This document shows positions 9,469 through 18,582 of a stretch of DNA of 62,651 nt, in pieces. The stretch comes from a virus. How positions within the stretch are numbered: position 1 is the first letter of the stretch; the number at the start of each line of letters is the position of its first letter. The notes under the pieces are model-generated. The model was not told the origin of the DNA, did not search any database, and saw nothing but the letters and a program-made list of their open reading frames with translations. The position numbers and the translations under genes are program-made. The DNA lies in the IMG/VR virus record IMGVR_UViG_3300014202_000736; one strand, given 5' to 3'.

Positions 9469-12400
9469 TGAAGAACAGTGCCCGGGGCAGCCATGGGGTT
9501 AGTTATGGGAGCACCAGTTCCACTGCCGTCACCGTAGGTCGGCGTACCCGTTGCGCCACCGCCGACCGAACCCGGCGTGGTGCCAGTGCCAGGTGCTGGC
9601 GCTCCGTTTGTGCCGTAGAGCGCATTCAGAATGGCGGTCAGGATCGAGTTGGTGTCACCGATGGCGGCAATGATGCCAGCCGAGTTCAACGCATCCTGAG
9701 CAGCCTTGGTAGCGTCGTCGATGGCCTTCTGCGTGGCAGCAATCAGCTCTGCCCTAATGGCTTCAAACTGAGGCGTGGCTGTGCCGTACACCTTGCCAGC
9801 CAGGTCGAGGTAGGTTTGACCAGCGTTGGTGAACTCGTCCTGAGTGTAGTCACCGCTGGCAATCAGAGCCTGGAAGGAGGCCTGAGCGGCGAGGAACTGA
9901 TCGTAGATGGTCTTGCCACTCGACGCACCGTTCGTGATCTCGTTCAAGAAGTCACGATAGCCCGCCGTCATCTCCTCCAGGATCTGCTTCTGCTGGGCGG
10001 CGTACGCGTCGGCCAACAGAGCGAGCTCATTGTACGTGTAGCCAGCCGCCTTGAGCTGGGCCATCGTGGCCTGCATGCCCTGCACAAAGGAGGCGTAGGC
10101 AGCAGCCATCGGGTTTGCAGCTGCCTGAGCTGCCTTGAACAATGTCTCGTAGATCTGGGCGGCTTGAAGCAGCTGATCGAGATTGCCCAGGGTTGCGCCC
10201 TTGAGGATCCTTTCAGTTGCGGCCGACAAACCCTTCAGCGCGCCGTCCTGAATGGCGTTGAGAATGGCGTAGGCAATGGCCTCTTCCTCAGTCTTGAAGC
10301 TCGGCGTACCCGGGCCTTTGACCTTGCCGGTGCCGCTCTCGTCAACGATAAACTTGCCCTTGTACATGCCGATCGACACAGCGAAGGTGCCAAGCTGAGC
10401 ACCAAGAGCGTTGGCGATCTGGATTAGTGTGCCCTGAACAGCCTTGGCCATCGCGGTCGCGGCGGTGTCGTACTTGCCACCCTCGCTCTTGCCGGTCACG
10501 TCGGGCTTGCCATACGCGTCGGTGATGGTGGCGCTGGCAAACTTCGTCTTCTTGAAGAGCGACCCGATGGCGCCTCCGATGAACCCACCGATGAAGCCGC
10601 CGATCTTAGCGCCAGCTGGGCCTCCAAAGTACATGCCGATGGCGCTGCCCACGCCACCGCCGATCTCGGCACCGAGAGTGCTGAACTTCTTCCAACCAAG
10701 CGCCTTCATCGACACGGCGACCTGTTCGCCGATGGCGGCACCGTCGGCCACGGCCCCAAGACCCGTGGCGATCTGGCCCATGGTCTGACTCATCTGGCCG
10801 TTCTTGCCGAACAGGGATCCGAGAGACTTTGTCATGTCCTGAAGACCTGACGCCACTTGGCTGACCGGGTTGTTGGAGCTTCGGCCCACGTCGCCAGCCT
10901 TATACAGCTCTTGAGACATCTTAGAGAAGATGACGGCCAGAGTACCGATGGACTCAACGAGGTCGCCGAAGGCACCACCAAGAGCACGGGCGATCTTGTG
11001 GATGCTGCCCATCATCTTTTCGTAGAAGGCGTCCTGGATCTCCTTCATCTGAGCCGCATATTCCTTGGTCAGCTGCTCGAGAGCCTTGTCCTTTTGATCT
11101 TGGGACCGGCTCGAGTTGAAGATCTGCTGCTTCGCGGCCGAGAACTCGGCATCGGCCCTGTACTCCGGGGACAGCGACCGTTCGACGAGGCTGTCTACCT
11201 GAGCGTTGCCCTCTTGGATCAGGCGATTGCGACGCTCGATCTCGTAGTTCGTCTTCTCTCGGGCACGAAGCTCCTCCAACGCCTTCTTGACGGTTTCGTC
11301 CTGAAGGTTCAATCCATCCTCGAGCATCTTCTTCTTGTACGGCCAAAGCCTCTCCTCGAGGGCCATCTGCTCCTCGACTTGCTCAGCGTTCATGCCCTGC
11401 AAGGCCTGTTGCTGGTCAAGCAGATGAGTCTGCTCGATGAGTGCGTCCTTCTTGCCAAGCTCAATCGAAGCGATGATCTTGTTTTTGTTGATGAGGTCAA
11501 CGGCGTTGTTGACCTGCTTGATCTGCTCATCGGTCAACGGCTTAACGGCCGAGAGTACGCCGTCCGCCAGGATCTTTTGAAGCTCGAGCTGCTTCGAATA
11601 CTTTTGCGCCTCGCCCGGTAGCATGCCCGCTACCTTGGCTTCGTTCTGGAGCGTGGCCCAGAAGTCATTCTCAGCAGCCACGCGACGCTCGGCGAGCTTC
11701 GCTAGATCCTCTTGAGCCTTCTTTTGGTCACGAAGCATGTCGGTCAGATCACCAGGCTTGGTATGGCCTTCAAATTCGAGATGGCGTCGGTTGCCGCTCT
11801 CCGAGACCATTTCCACGCCTTTGATGCCGGCGCGCTGTGCGGCGGCGTAGATCTTTTGAGTCGTTTGGGCATCAAAGGCACCACGGTCCAGATCCACCGC
11901 TCGAGAAGCTTGGTGGGCCGAGATCTCACCAGGCCCATAGCCAGACAACGGCGTCAGACCCTGTTGGAACAGCTCGTTTTGCCTCTTAGCGGTCCGGACA
12001 GGGTTAGCCAGAGTGGTGAGGCCCTCGGCGTTGAGCTCGCGAATGAAGTCGTTCAATGCTTGGGCCGCCGACCGAGCCTTCTCGGCCTTGTTGTCGTTGG
12101 CCGCTGTAGGCGCCATGTGTGGAGGCACTGCGCTTCCAGTTTTCACATATTGCTTGAGATCCTCAGGCCCTTGGAAATTCCAGCCTCGAGGAAGAAAGGC
12201 CTTCCAGTCACGATCGGCCTTCGCCGTTTCAAGGTAGCGCTGAGACTCGGTGGCCGCGGCTGCACCAGCGCCAGCCATGTTGACGTGTTCGAGCATCTCA
12301 GCGTCGGTGCCAGGCAAATAGTTCTTCAGGGTGCGAATATGGTTGATGATGTCGATGAAACTGTTGATGACATCGTCCAAAGCCTTCAACAGGCCTTGGA

Positions 12401-13724
12401 TCTGATTGCCCGAGAAGGCGAAGCTGAGCATACTTCCGATCTTCTCGATGATGTCACCAAGGATGCCCATCTCGCCGCCGATGCGTCCGATCCAGTCAAT
12501 GAGCTCCTTGACGCCAGCTACCATGCCGTCGAACGAGGCTCGCACCCTCATGCCGAATTCTTCGGCTGCGTCACCGCTGTTCGAAAAGCCTCCAGTGATG
12601 TCCATCATGAAGTTGACGAACATCTGACTGAACTGACCGCCTCGATCGAATGCTGAGAACGTGGTCAACGCAGCGTTGTGCACCAACGTCATGGCGTCGT
12701 CGAAGGTGACGGGGATCTGGCGAAACTCTTCATCGAGCCTGGCCGTGAACCGCTTGTCAGTCATGGCCTTGTAGAGCTTCGCGCTCGAGATCTCGCCTTC
12801 CTCGGCCATGGCCCGAAGTGACCCGACAGCCACGCCCATGGAGTCGGCCAGCAGCTTAGCCAATCGAGGAGAGTTTTCCATGATGGCGTTGAACTCGTCT
12901 CCGCGGAGCGTACCCGACGCCATGGCCTGGGTCAGCTGTCGAATGACCGACGCCGTCTCCGCCCCGCTAGCTCCTGAGATCTTAAGTGCCTTGGTCACCG
13001 TCTCAGTCGCTCGAGCAGCCGACTCAGACGAATAGCCGAGCTCGGTCGCCTGACGAGCGATGCGGCCGTAAAGCTCAGTGACGGGCTCGAGACCACTTCG
13101 GGTAGTCAGCGCAATGCGATTGACCTGCTCGTGAGCCTGAGCCAAGCTTGTCGTGGCCGGAATGGTCAGCCTGAGCTGGGCTTCCATCTGCTTGGCAGCG
13201 TCAGTCAGCTTGAGGAAAGCTAGGACGCCTTGAACCGAGACGAAAGCCGTGAGAGCTCCGGTGAGGAAGCCGATAGTTCGGCCCAACACCAGGCCGATCG
13301 CATTGGCCCCACTCATCGACGTGCCGAAGAGGTTGGCGCTGTTAGCTGCAGCCCGGAACGAGGCACCTAGGCCGTCAGGACCACCCCCGCCTCCTCCGCC
13401 ACCCCCGCCTCCGAAGCCTCCACCACGCATGGCAGCAAAGGCTCGTTGCCACGCTGACCCAGACCTGTTAGCAGCTCGCTCGTTGTCTTGGCCAGTCTGA
13501 CGGGCCTTAGCTCGAATACCATCGAGGCTGCGCTCAGCGGTCTTGCCGCTAGCAGCCATCTTCTCGAAGCCACGAGCCCCGGCCGTTCCTGATGCGGCCG
13601 AGGCGTCGTTGACCTCTTTCGTCTTGCGCTTGATGTTCTCAAGGGATCGGATGACACGATCTTCGCCAGGCTTTGCGCCTGTCGAGTCAATGCCTACCTC
13701 AATGCCATGGCGTTCTTCAGCCAC
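9465..13724 (-). CDS. Tail tape measure protein with an embedded M15-like peptidase domain
   Basis: 1419 aa. The TMP signature is LRGDEFNAIMENSPRLAKLLADSMGV. It has hydrophobic glycine-zipper segments and follows the G/GT chaperones. Confidence 0.9.
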   Translation of the reverse strand: MAEERHGIEVGIDSTGAKPGEDRVIRSLENIKRKTKEVNDASAASGTAGARGFEKMAASGKTAERSLDGIRAKARQTGQDNERAANRSGSAWQRAFAAMRGGGFGGGGGGGGGGGPDGLGASFRAAANSANLFGTSMSGANAIGLVLGRTIGFLTGALTAFVSVQGVLAFLKLTDAAKQMEAQLRLTIPATTSLAQAHEQVNRIALTTRSGLEPVTELYGRIARQATELGYSSESAARATETVTKALKISGASGAETASVIRQLTQAMASGTLRGDEFNAIMENSPRLAKLLADSMGVAVGSLRAMAEEGEISSAKLYKAMTDKRFTARLDEEFRQIPVTFDDAMTLVHNAALTTFSAFDRGGQFSQMFVNFMMDITGGFSNSGDAAEEFGMRVRASFDGMVAGVKELIDWIGRIGGEMGILGDIIEKIGSMLSFAFSGNQIQGLLKALDDVINSFIDIINHIRTLKNYLPGTDAEMLEHVNMAGAGAAAATESQRYLETAKADRDWKAFLPRGWNFQGPEDLKQYVKTGSAVPPHMAPTAANDNKAEKARSAAQALNDFIRELNAEGLTTLANPVRTAKRQNELFQQGLTPLSGYGPGEISAHQASRAVDLDRGAFDAQTTQKIYAAAQRAGIKGVEMVSESGNRRHLEFEGHTKPGDLTDMLRDQKKAQEDLAKLAERRVAAENDFWATLQNEAKVAGMLPGEAQKYSKQLELQKILADGVLSAVKPLTDEQIKQVNNAVDLINKNKIIASIELGKKDALIEQTHLLDQQQALQGMNAEQVEEQMALEERLWPYKKKMLEDGLNLQDETVKKALEELRAREKTNYEIERRNRLIQEGNAQVDSLVERSLSPEYRADAEFSAAKQQIFNSSRSQDQKDKALEQLTKEYAAQMKEIQDAFYEKMMGSIHKIARALGGAFGDLVESIGTLAVIFSKMSQELYKAGDVGRSSNNPVSQVASGLQDMTKSLGSLFGKNGQMSQTMGQIATGLGAVADGAAIGEQVAVSMKALGWKKFSTLGAEIGGGVGSAIGMYFGGPAGAKIGGFIGGFIGGAIGSLFKKTKFASATITDAYGKPDVTGKSEGGKYDTAATAMAKAVQGTLIQIANALGAQLGTFAVSIGMYKGKFIVDESGTGKVKGPGTPSFKTEEEAIAYAILNAIQDGALKGLSAATERILKGATLGNLDQLLQAAQIYETLFKAAQAAANPMAAAYASFVQGMQATMAQLKAAGYTYNELALLADAYAAQQKQILEEMTAGYRDFLNEITNGASSGKTIYDQFLAAQASFQALIASGDYTQDEFTNAGQTYLDLAGKVYGTATPQFEAIRAELIAATQKAIDDATKAAQDALNSAGIIAAIGDTNSILTAILNALYGTNGAPAPGTGTTPGSVGGGATGTPTYGDGSGTGAPITNPMAAPGTVLQ

Positions 13725-14474
13725 GTGGCCTCTCCCTAGATTGGGCTGCGATCTTCCGGCCTGACTCGATTTTTTCGCCTAGGAACCGAAGGAACGCTTT
13801 GTCCACCCTGCTTAACACTTCCCACAAGAAGTCCCGAGAGTTAGGACCCAGCTCTAGCTCGTCCGCGTAGAACATCACCTCGCGATACGAAATAGGCCCA
13901 ACGGATCCCATCCCTCTTGGCCTGGTCGTGGAGAGCGTGTCGAACGCCCGCCACAACCAAACGCTGTCTTCCTCGATTTGGGGCTGGTTAAGGAGAGGAG
14001 GCGGGGTAACCCCCGTCTTTACTTCGTGCTCTTGGAATGCTTCGACGAAGTCCCCGTATCTGAGTCCCCACTCGAGGACGTCGATGAGTTTCCCGACGCT
14101 TCCTCCACCATCTCTTCACGGAAGGTTTCGTAGGAGGTGGCGACGGTCACCACATCTTCGAGAAACTCAGGCCGCTCTTCGAAAACTCGAAGCGCTTCCT
14201 GAGGCGTAAAGTCCGGAGCGTCTCCGCCCTTCCAGCCGGCGATCACGCCGTGCGCGATCACGTGGTAGGTAAGGTCACGCTGCTGATCAGGGTTGAGCTG
14301 CTTGTTGCGGCCCATCACCTTCATCTCTTGCATCTTCTTCGCCCGGACCGCTTCCACCTTTTTGCTGGAAAGGTGGCGGACCGTCACGAAGAAGCCTCCA
14401 CCGAAGTCGACCTCGGCGCCGTCCTCCATGAGGTTGCGGTCGACTTTGGCGTAGCGGTCTTCAAAAAAGCTCAT
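13717..14474 (-). CDS. Tail assembly chaperone G-T fusion made by a programmed -1 frameshift
   Basis: The -1 frame is open from about 14085 to the stop at 13717. It reads GKLIDVLEWGLRYGDFVEAF... straight after GGGAAAC. Confidence 0.6.
14019..14474 (-). CDS. Tail assembly chaperone (gpG-like)
   Basis: It sits between the major tail and TMP genes and has an acidic Ser-rich tail. It contains the slippery heptamer. Confidence 0.75.
   Translation of the reverse strand: MSFFEDRYAKVDRNLMEDGAEVDFGGGFFVTVRHLSSKKVEAVRAKKMQEMKVMGRNKQLNPDQQRDLTYHVIAHGVIAGWKGGDAPDFTPQEALRVFEERPEFLEDVVTVATSYETFREEMVEEASGNSSTSSSGDSDTGTSSKHSKSTK
14088..14094 (-). other. Slippery heptamer G GGA AAC (X XXY YYZ) for the -1 frameshift
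   Basis: The minus strand reads tcG GGA AAC tca in the G frame, which is the lambda G/GT-type arrangement. Confidence 0.6.
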
Positions 14475-14517
14475 GAGTCACTCCTGTCGGTTGAGTCTGT
14501 CGGTTTGTCGGAACGTA

Positions 14518-14551
14518 GGGCCAGGAGCTGCCGACAATCAGCCCCTGGCCC
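14518..14551 (-). terminator. GC hairpin (8-bp stem GGGCCAGG/CCTGGCCC) between the major tail and chaperone genes, possibly an attenuator
   Basis: The inverted repeat was read directly. No clear U-tract follows. Confidence 0.3.
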
Positions 14552-14596
14552 CTCACTAGCTGGTCACCACACGGAAGTACAATGACCAACCAATGA

Positions 14597-15535
14597 TTAG
14601 GCTGGCACGCGGGTGACCATCAGGTCGGTCACGACGCCGACGGTCGGGTCGTAGATGGCGCGGCCTTCGATCGTCTGAAGGAGATCGGTGTTGTTGCCGG
14701 TAGCGTTCGCGTCCACCGTGCGGTACCGCATTCTCGGCAAGCGGAAGGTGTAGGTGTTCGTGCCGTCGCCGATCGTCATGGTGAGATTTCGGTTCGTTCG
14801 ATTGAGGAGAGCATCCATCTGCTCCCAGGTTTCGAAGTAGGCGTCGAACGAGAATGTCACATCACGCATGCCGTAGCCGATGTCATAAGCGGCGAGCTGG
14901 CCGTGACCGGCTTGGTAGCGACCGTTGTTGTTGATGCCCAGCGTGAACGACCGGATAATCAACGGGGTGACTTCACCAGTGATGGAGAACGCCGTCACGT
15001 CAACCAGGCTCATGATGCGATTGTCCGCCGGTTCGGTCACGCTGCCGGATCCCACAACGCTCGTGGTGCCTGGAACACCGGACAAGGCCATGACGTCAGC
15101 CGTGCCGGTAATGCGCGAACCCACGGCGCCCGTGAGGGTCATGCCCATGTACCTGGACCCGGGGAACTTCATGTACTTGCGGGTGCCGCCGCCGAGGAAG
15201 CTTTTCTCGATGGTGAACGACCGCTTGACCGTTCCACCCTTCAGCACGCCGGTAGTCCAGGTGCCACGAAGCACAGCCTCGAGCTGAGCGTCGAAGGCCG
15301 CGGACTTGGCGAATTCGATGGGGAAGGATCCACCGCCCTCGGAGCCGACAGGCACCAGGTCAGTGAGAGCGTAGGTCGGGTTGATTTCACCAGGCTCGTC
15401 GTAAGCGACTCGAGGGCCGAGAGTTTCGCCGGAGACCCTGATGCGATCCATCACAGGGTTTGCCGGGGTTACGCCCATCGTTGCTTCAACAACGTGGGCC
15501 AGGATCAGATCATTCGCTGCACCAAAACTAGGCAT
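14597..15535 (-). CDS. Major tail (tube) protein
   Basis: 312 aa, directly upstream of the chaperone pair and downstream of the tail terminator. Confidence 0.7.
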   Translation of the reverse strand: MPSFGAANDLILAHVVEATMGVTPANPVMDRIRVSGETLGPRVAYDEPGEINPTYALTDLVPVGSEGGGSFPIEFAKSAAFDAQLEAVLRGTWTTGVLKGGTVKRSFTIEKSFLGGGTRKYMKFPGSRYMGMTLTGAVGSRITGTADVMALSGVPGTTSVVGSGSVTEPADNRIMSLVDVTAFSITGEVTPLIIRSFTLGINNNGRYQAGHGQLAAYDIGYGMRDVTFSFDAYFETWEQMDALLNRTNRNLTMTIGDGTNTYTFRLPRMRYRTVDANATGNNTDLLQTIEGRAIYDPTVGVVTDLMVTRVPA

Positions 15536-15547
15536 GGGTCAATCTCC

Positions 15548-15976
15548 TCAGGACAACAGGTCAGCTCGAAAAGGAACCGACACTACCATGCAGTATCGAT
15601 CATCTTCGAGTCGCTCGAAAGATGACGGCTCACCAATGTAGATGAGCGGGTCCGGGCTGTTGGCTGCGACCATGGCGTCCCGCCAGATCTGCTCCACTTC
15701 CGTGGCTAGTTCGGTAGCGGTGCCGTCCCCGGCTCCCGTCTTTCCGAACACCTCAACGAACACCCTGCCAACGCGCGTCCTGCGCTTGATGTCCGTCCCT
15801 ACACCCGTCACGGCAGCGTCGCCGGTCTGGATTGCAAGTCTCAACCACGTCTCAGTCACCCCGTGGCTGGTGACCTCGTTGGGCACCGCCAAATCAAGAG
15901 CTGCCAGCGTCTGGCTGGCTTGGACCTTCTCTCGGAACCACTCCCGAAGGGTGTTCCGCAATTGAGTGAGATCCAT
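15548..15976 (-). CDS. Tail terminator or tail completion protein
   Basis: Assigned from position and size (142 aa) between the gp10-like and major tail genes. Confidence 0.5.
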   Translation of the reverse strand: MDLTQLRNTLREWFREKVQASQTLAALDLAVPNEVTSHGVTETWLRLAIQTGDAAVTGVGTDIKRRTRVGRVFVEVFGKTGAGDGTATELATEVEQIWRDAMVAANSPDPLIYIGEPSSFERLEDDRYCMVVSVPFRADLLS

Positions 15977-15980
15977 ACCT

Positions 15981-16376
15981 CTACCTCAAGCCGGCAGCCA
16001 CTCGGTCAATCGACAACTGGACCATTGCCCCAGGAGTCGCTTGCTTAGAGTGACCTTTTTCCAACGCAACGATATACGGCAAGTTGTTCGTCAAGTAAAT
16101 GGCCCCATAATTTTGGAGCGACTGGATGGTCTGGCTGCCGTCACTGATGACGCCACCGCCTGCCACGTCCTTCTTTTCCCAATCCATTCCCACGTGTGGT
16201 GCGGCCAGGGTGACGAACCAGTTCCCTCGAGCCCTGCCAGTGTCCACCGGCGTCATGTTGACAATGCCGCTAAGAATATCGAAGGCGATCTTCTTTTGGA
16301 CGAGGAGAACCTTGTCTCCGATGCGTTTACGTACAGACGCGAGATTGATGTTGAATTTCATTCGGACGGTGGTCAC
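15981..16376 (-). CDS. HK97 gp10-like head-tail joining protein
   Basis: The motifs TPVDTGRARGNW and NNLPYIVALEKGHS resemble the HK97 gp10 family. Confidence 0.7.
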   Translation of the reverse strand: MTTVRMKFNINLASVRKRIGDKVLLVQKKIAFDILSGIVNMTPVDTGRARGNWFVTLAAPHVGMDWEKKDVAGGGVISDGSQTIQSLQNYGAIYLTNNLPYIVALEKGHSKQATPGAMVQLSIDRVAAGLR

Positions 16377-16729
16377 GCCCGCTTCACCCCGTAAAACGCC
16401 ACCATCAGGCGAGTGCCTTCGGGGTTCACAAAATTGCTGCTGAGAATGGTGTAGGTGTCGCCAGCGTGGATGATCAAATCGCTGTCATCTCCGGCCGCTG
16501 GAAACTTGGTGGCGTAGACCACGTCTCCGGTCAGATCGAGGGCCTCGATCATCGATTTGTCGCTGATCCGAACACCGAGGCCTGGATGGTCAACAAAGGT
16601 AGGCTCAGTTTTGCCTTCCTCGTTCGGCTTTCCAGGTGAGATCTTACGAAGCGTGGCCGGCGTCCCGAAGTCATTCAGAAGGTCAGTCGCCAGCTTGAAC
16701 ATCTCGTCGTAGAAAACCGTGTCGGTCAT
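16373..16729 (-). CDS. Head closure or head-tail adaptor protein
   Basis: Assigned from position and size. Confidence 0.45.
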   Translation of the reverse strand: MTDTVFYDEMFKLATDLLNDFGTPATLRKISPGKPNEEGKTEPTFVDHPGLGVRISDKSMIEALDLTGDVVYATKFPAAGDDSDLIIHAGDTYTILSSNFVNPEGTRLMVAFYGVKRA

Positions 16730-17226
16730 GCTCGATCAATCCTCGCCTGCTGCATCCAGCCTGGGGACATTGTGTATGGAAGAAGCATCGCTGCCACCGT
16801 GGATCCAGCCCGACCGTAGGGATCGACCTTGTTCGTGGCGTAGTGCACCTCTTTTTCACCAACGCCTTGAAGCTGCTTCCGCTCCATAGTAACGACTGGT
16901 TCTCCCATCACGGTGGACAATGGCCCGAGTCGGGCCTCACGAGCAAGGATGAGTTGAGCATGGCGAACGGCTTGTGGCACGCCGTCATAGGTCAATGTGG
17001 GGAAGCCCATGCCCTGATCGTACGACAGGACTTCCCCACGGGGACGGAAAAATTGGTTGAGGTAGTCGCCGGCTTGAACGAGCAAGCCTGCCTTGACAAG
17101 GTCGCTAGCACCTGCACCGGCCCAATCGGCTACGTTGCGGTCTGCCCAGAACGCGTCTGCATCAGCGACTAGATTGTAGGTGTTGGCACCAGTCACGCCA
17201 GTGCCATCTTCAAGCACGAGTGCCAT
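16726..17226 (-). CDS. Head-tail connector protein
   Basis: The N-terminal pattern ANTYNLVADADAFW...W...KAGLLVQAGDYLNQFF is typical of gp6-like connectors. Confidence 0.5.
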   Translation of the reverse strand: MALVLEDGTGVTGANTYNLVADADAFWADRNVADWAGAGASDLVKAGLLVQAGDYLNQFFRPRGEVLSYDQGMGFPTLTYDGVPQAVRHAQLILAREARLGPLSTVMGEPVVTMERKQLQGVGEKEVHYATNKVDPYGRAGSTVAAMLLPYTMSPGWMQQARIDRA

Positions 17227-17279
17227 GGCGTACCTCTATGCTAGGACGCTGGGAACCGAAGCCCCCAGCGTCCGATGCG

Positions 17280-17675
17280 TCATTCAGCTGGCTTGTCCGC
17301 GGTGGGAAGCACGATCTCTTCCCACTCGTCCTGCAGCTCCTTGTGGTACGCCGAGAAGGTGTAGTCCGGAATTCGGGCGTGAAACCCGTCATACTTCCGA
17401 CGATACATCTTCCCAGGCAGGTCGGAGTCCTCGACCAAGCCGGCCTCGGCCAGCTCCTTCGCCTTCGCAGGAGACACCTTCGAAAGATCCGACGGGACCT
17501 TGATGTCTGACTGGAGGGCTCGGAGCTGGCGATTTGTCTCAGGGGTCTGAGGCAAATCCACCAAGTCCTTTTCGGTCTTGGCCTCGGCAGCAGTGGCGGC
17601 GACGTCGGCAATCGGAGAGACGGCCGGCGCGCCCGTTTCGGCGGCGCCGTTGTCTTCCTTAGCCATTGTCGTCAT
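17280..17675 (-). CDS. Hypothetical protein (131 aa)
   Basis: ORF in the head module. Confidence 0.45.
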   Translation of the reverse strand: MTTMAKEDNGAAETGAPAVSPIADVAATAAEAKTEKDLVDLPQTPETNRQLRALQSDIKVPSDLSKVSPAKAKELAEAGLVEDSDLPGKMYRRKYDGFHARIPDYTFSAYHKELQDEWEEIVLPTADKPAE

Positions 17676-18552
17676 CCTCTCCGGCCTTTTCGGCCCGTGC
17701 CGTTACGATCTTTTCACGGATCGTGTCGGCTGCGGTGGCCCGCCCGATGTCCACGCCCTCGGCTTCCGCCTTGGCCGTCAAGGCCTCAGCATCGAGGTCG
17801 TCGAGATCAGAGTTGTCAGCAGCGCCGGCATAGTCCGACGCTGGCGACTGAGGCGGCGCCTTCGGGTCGACCCCGAGCTGGTCAGCGTAGAAGCCCGTGA
17901 TCTGGTTGATCAGGTCGGGACGCTTCGCGCCCCTCTTGACCTTGAGACCAAGGCGGCCGGCGACCGACTGGAGCTGATCGTCGTTCATCCGCTCGAGATC
18001 CAAGCCGTTCAGGCTTGGCAAGACGTCGCTCGTACGAACACCGATGCGGGAAGCACGCATGCCACCTGCTTCAGCAGCCAGACGATCGCCGCTGCGCTCG
18101 ACGGCCTGGCGGCCGGCGTGCTGATCAAGATCGAGCAGATGCTCCAGCTCCTCGCGGGTGGAGTCTGCACGGACCTCGATGCTGCGCTCGATCGCTTCGG
18201 CGCGCAGCTGCTCCAACGTCATGAAGCCGGTCGTATCGCCCTTGAGCTGACCCATGACGCTGTCGAACTCAAAGTCCTTGAGCTCGTTGGGATCGTCGGG
18301 CAGCTCGAGCGGGATGAACCGGTCGGTGTCGTTGAAGACCTCGACCAGCTCAGCGCCGAGCGACTTGTACCGATCGGCCTCGGCCGGCGACAGAGCGATG
18401 ATGATCTGATCGGCCGGCTCCTTCTCCCGACGAAATGCCTGGAGTTGGCGCAAGCCACCAGAATGTCCGGCTCCGCGGACCTGGTCAGCGAGCCTGGTCA
18501 TGGCAGCAATTGCCACAGCCGACGTCGCCGCTTGGAAGATGAGAACGCGCAT
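17659..18552 (-). CDS. Hypothetical acidic protein with three HeH/Rho-N-like helix-extended-helix motifs
   Basis: The three motifs are MTLEQLRAEAIERSIEV, MNDDQLQSVAGRLGLKV and LDAEALTAKAEAEGVDIG. It lies just downstream of the capsid gene. Confidence 0.5.
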   Translation of the reverse strand: MRVLIFQAATSAVAIAAMTRLADQVRGAGHSGGLRQLQAFRREKEPADQIIIALSPAEADRYKSLGAELVEVFNDTDRFIPLELPDDPNELKDFEFDSVMGQLKGDTTGFMTLEQLRAEAIERSIEVRADSTREELEHLLDLDQHAGRQAVERSGDRLAAEAGGMRASRIGVRTSDVLPSLNGLDLERMNDDQLQSVAGRLGLKVKRGAKRPDLINQITGFYADQLGVDPKAPPQSPASDYAGAADNSDLDDLDAEALTAKAEAEGVDIGRATAADTIREKIVTARAEKAGEDDDNG

Positions 18553-18582
18553 GTCTCTTGTCCTTTCTAGCCGCGAGGCTCG

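Noticed and set aside
9459-10427. Long plus-strand ORF (322 aa) inside the tape measure gene. Similar antisense ORFs lie at 10857-11621, 11712-12656, 17578-18570, 19015-19773, 22187-23497, 27259-28251, 44814-45542, 46859-47668, 55383-56060, 57212-57796 and 59786-60367.
   Set aside because: These are shadow ORFs typical of GC-rich DNA. Their translations are Arg/Leu/Gly/Val-rich low-complexity sequence. They lie antisense to genes with recognisable motifs, and they break the operon strand logic.
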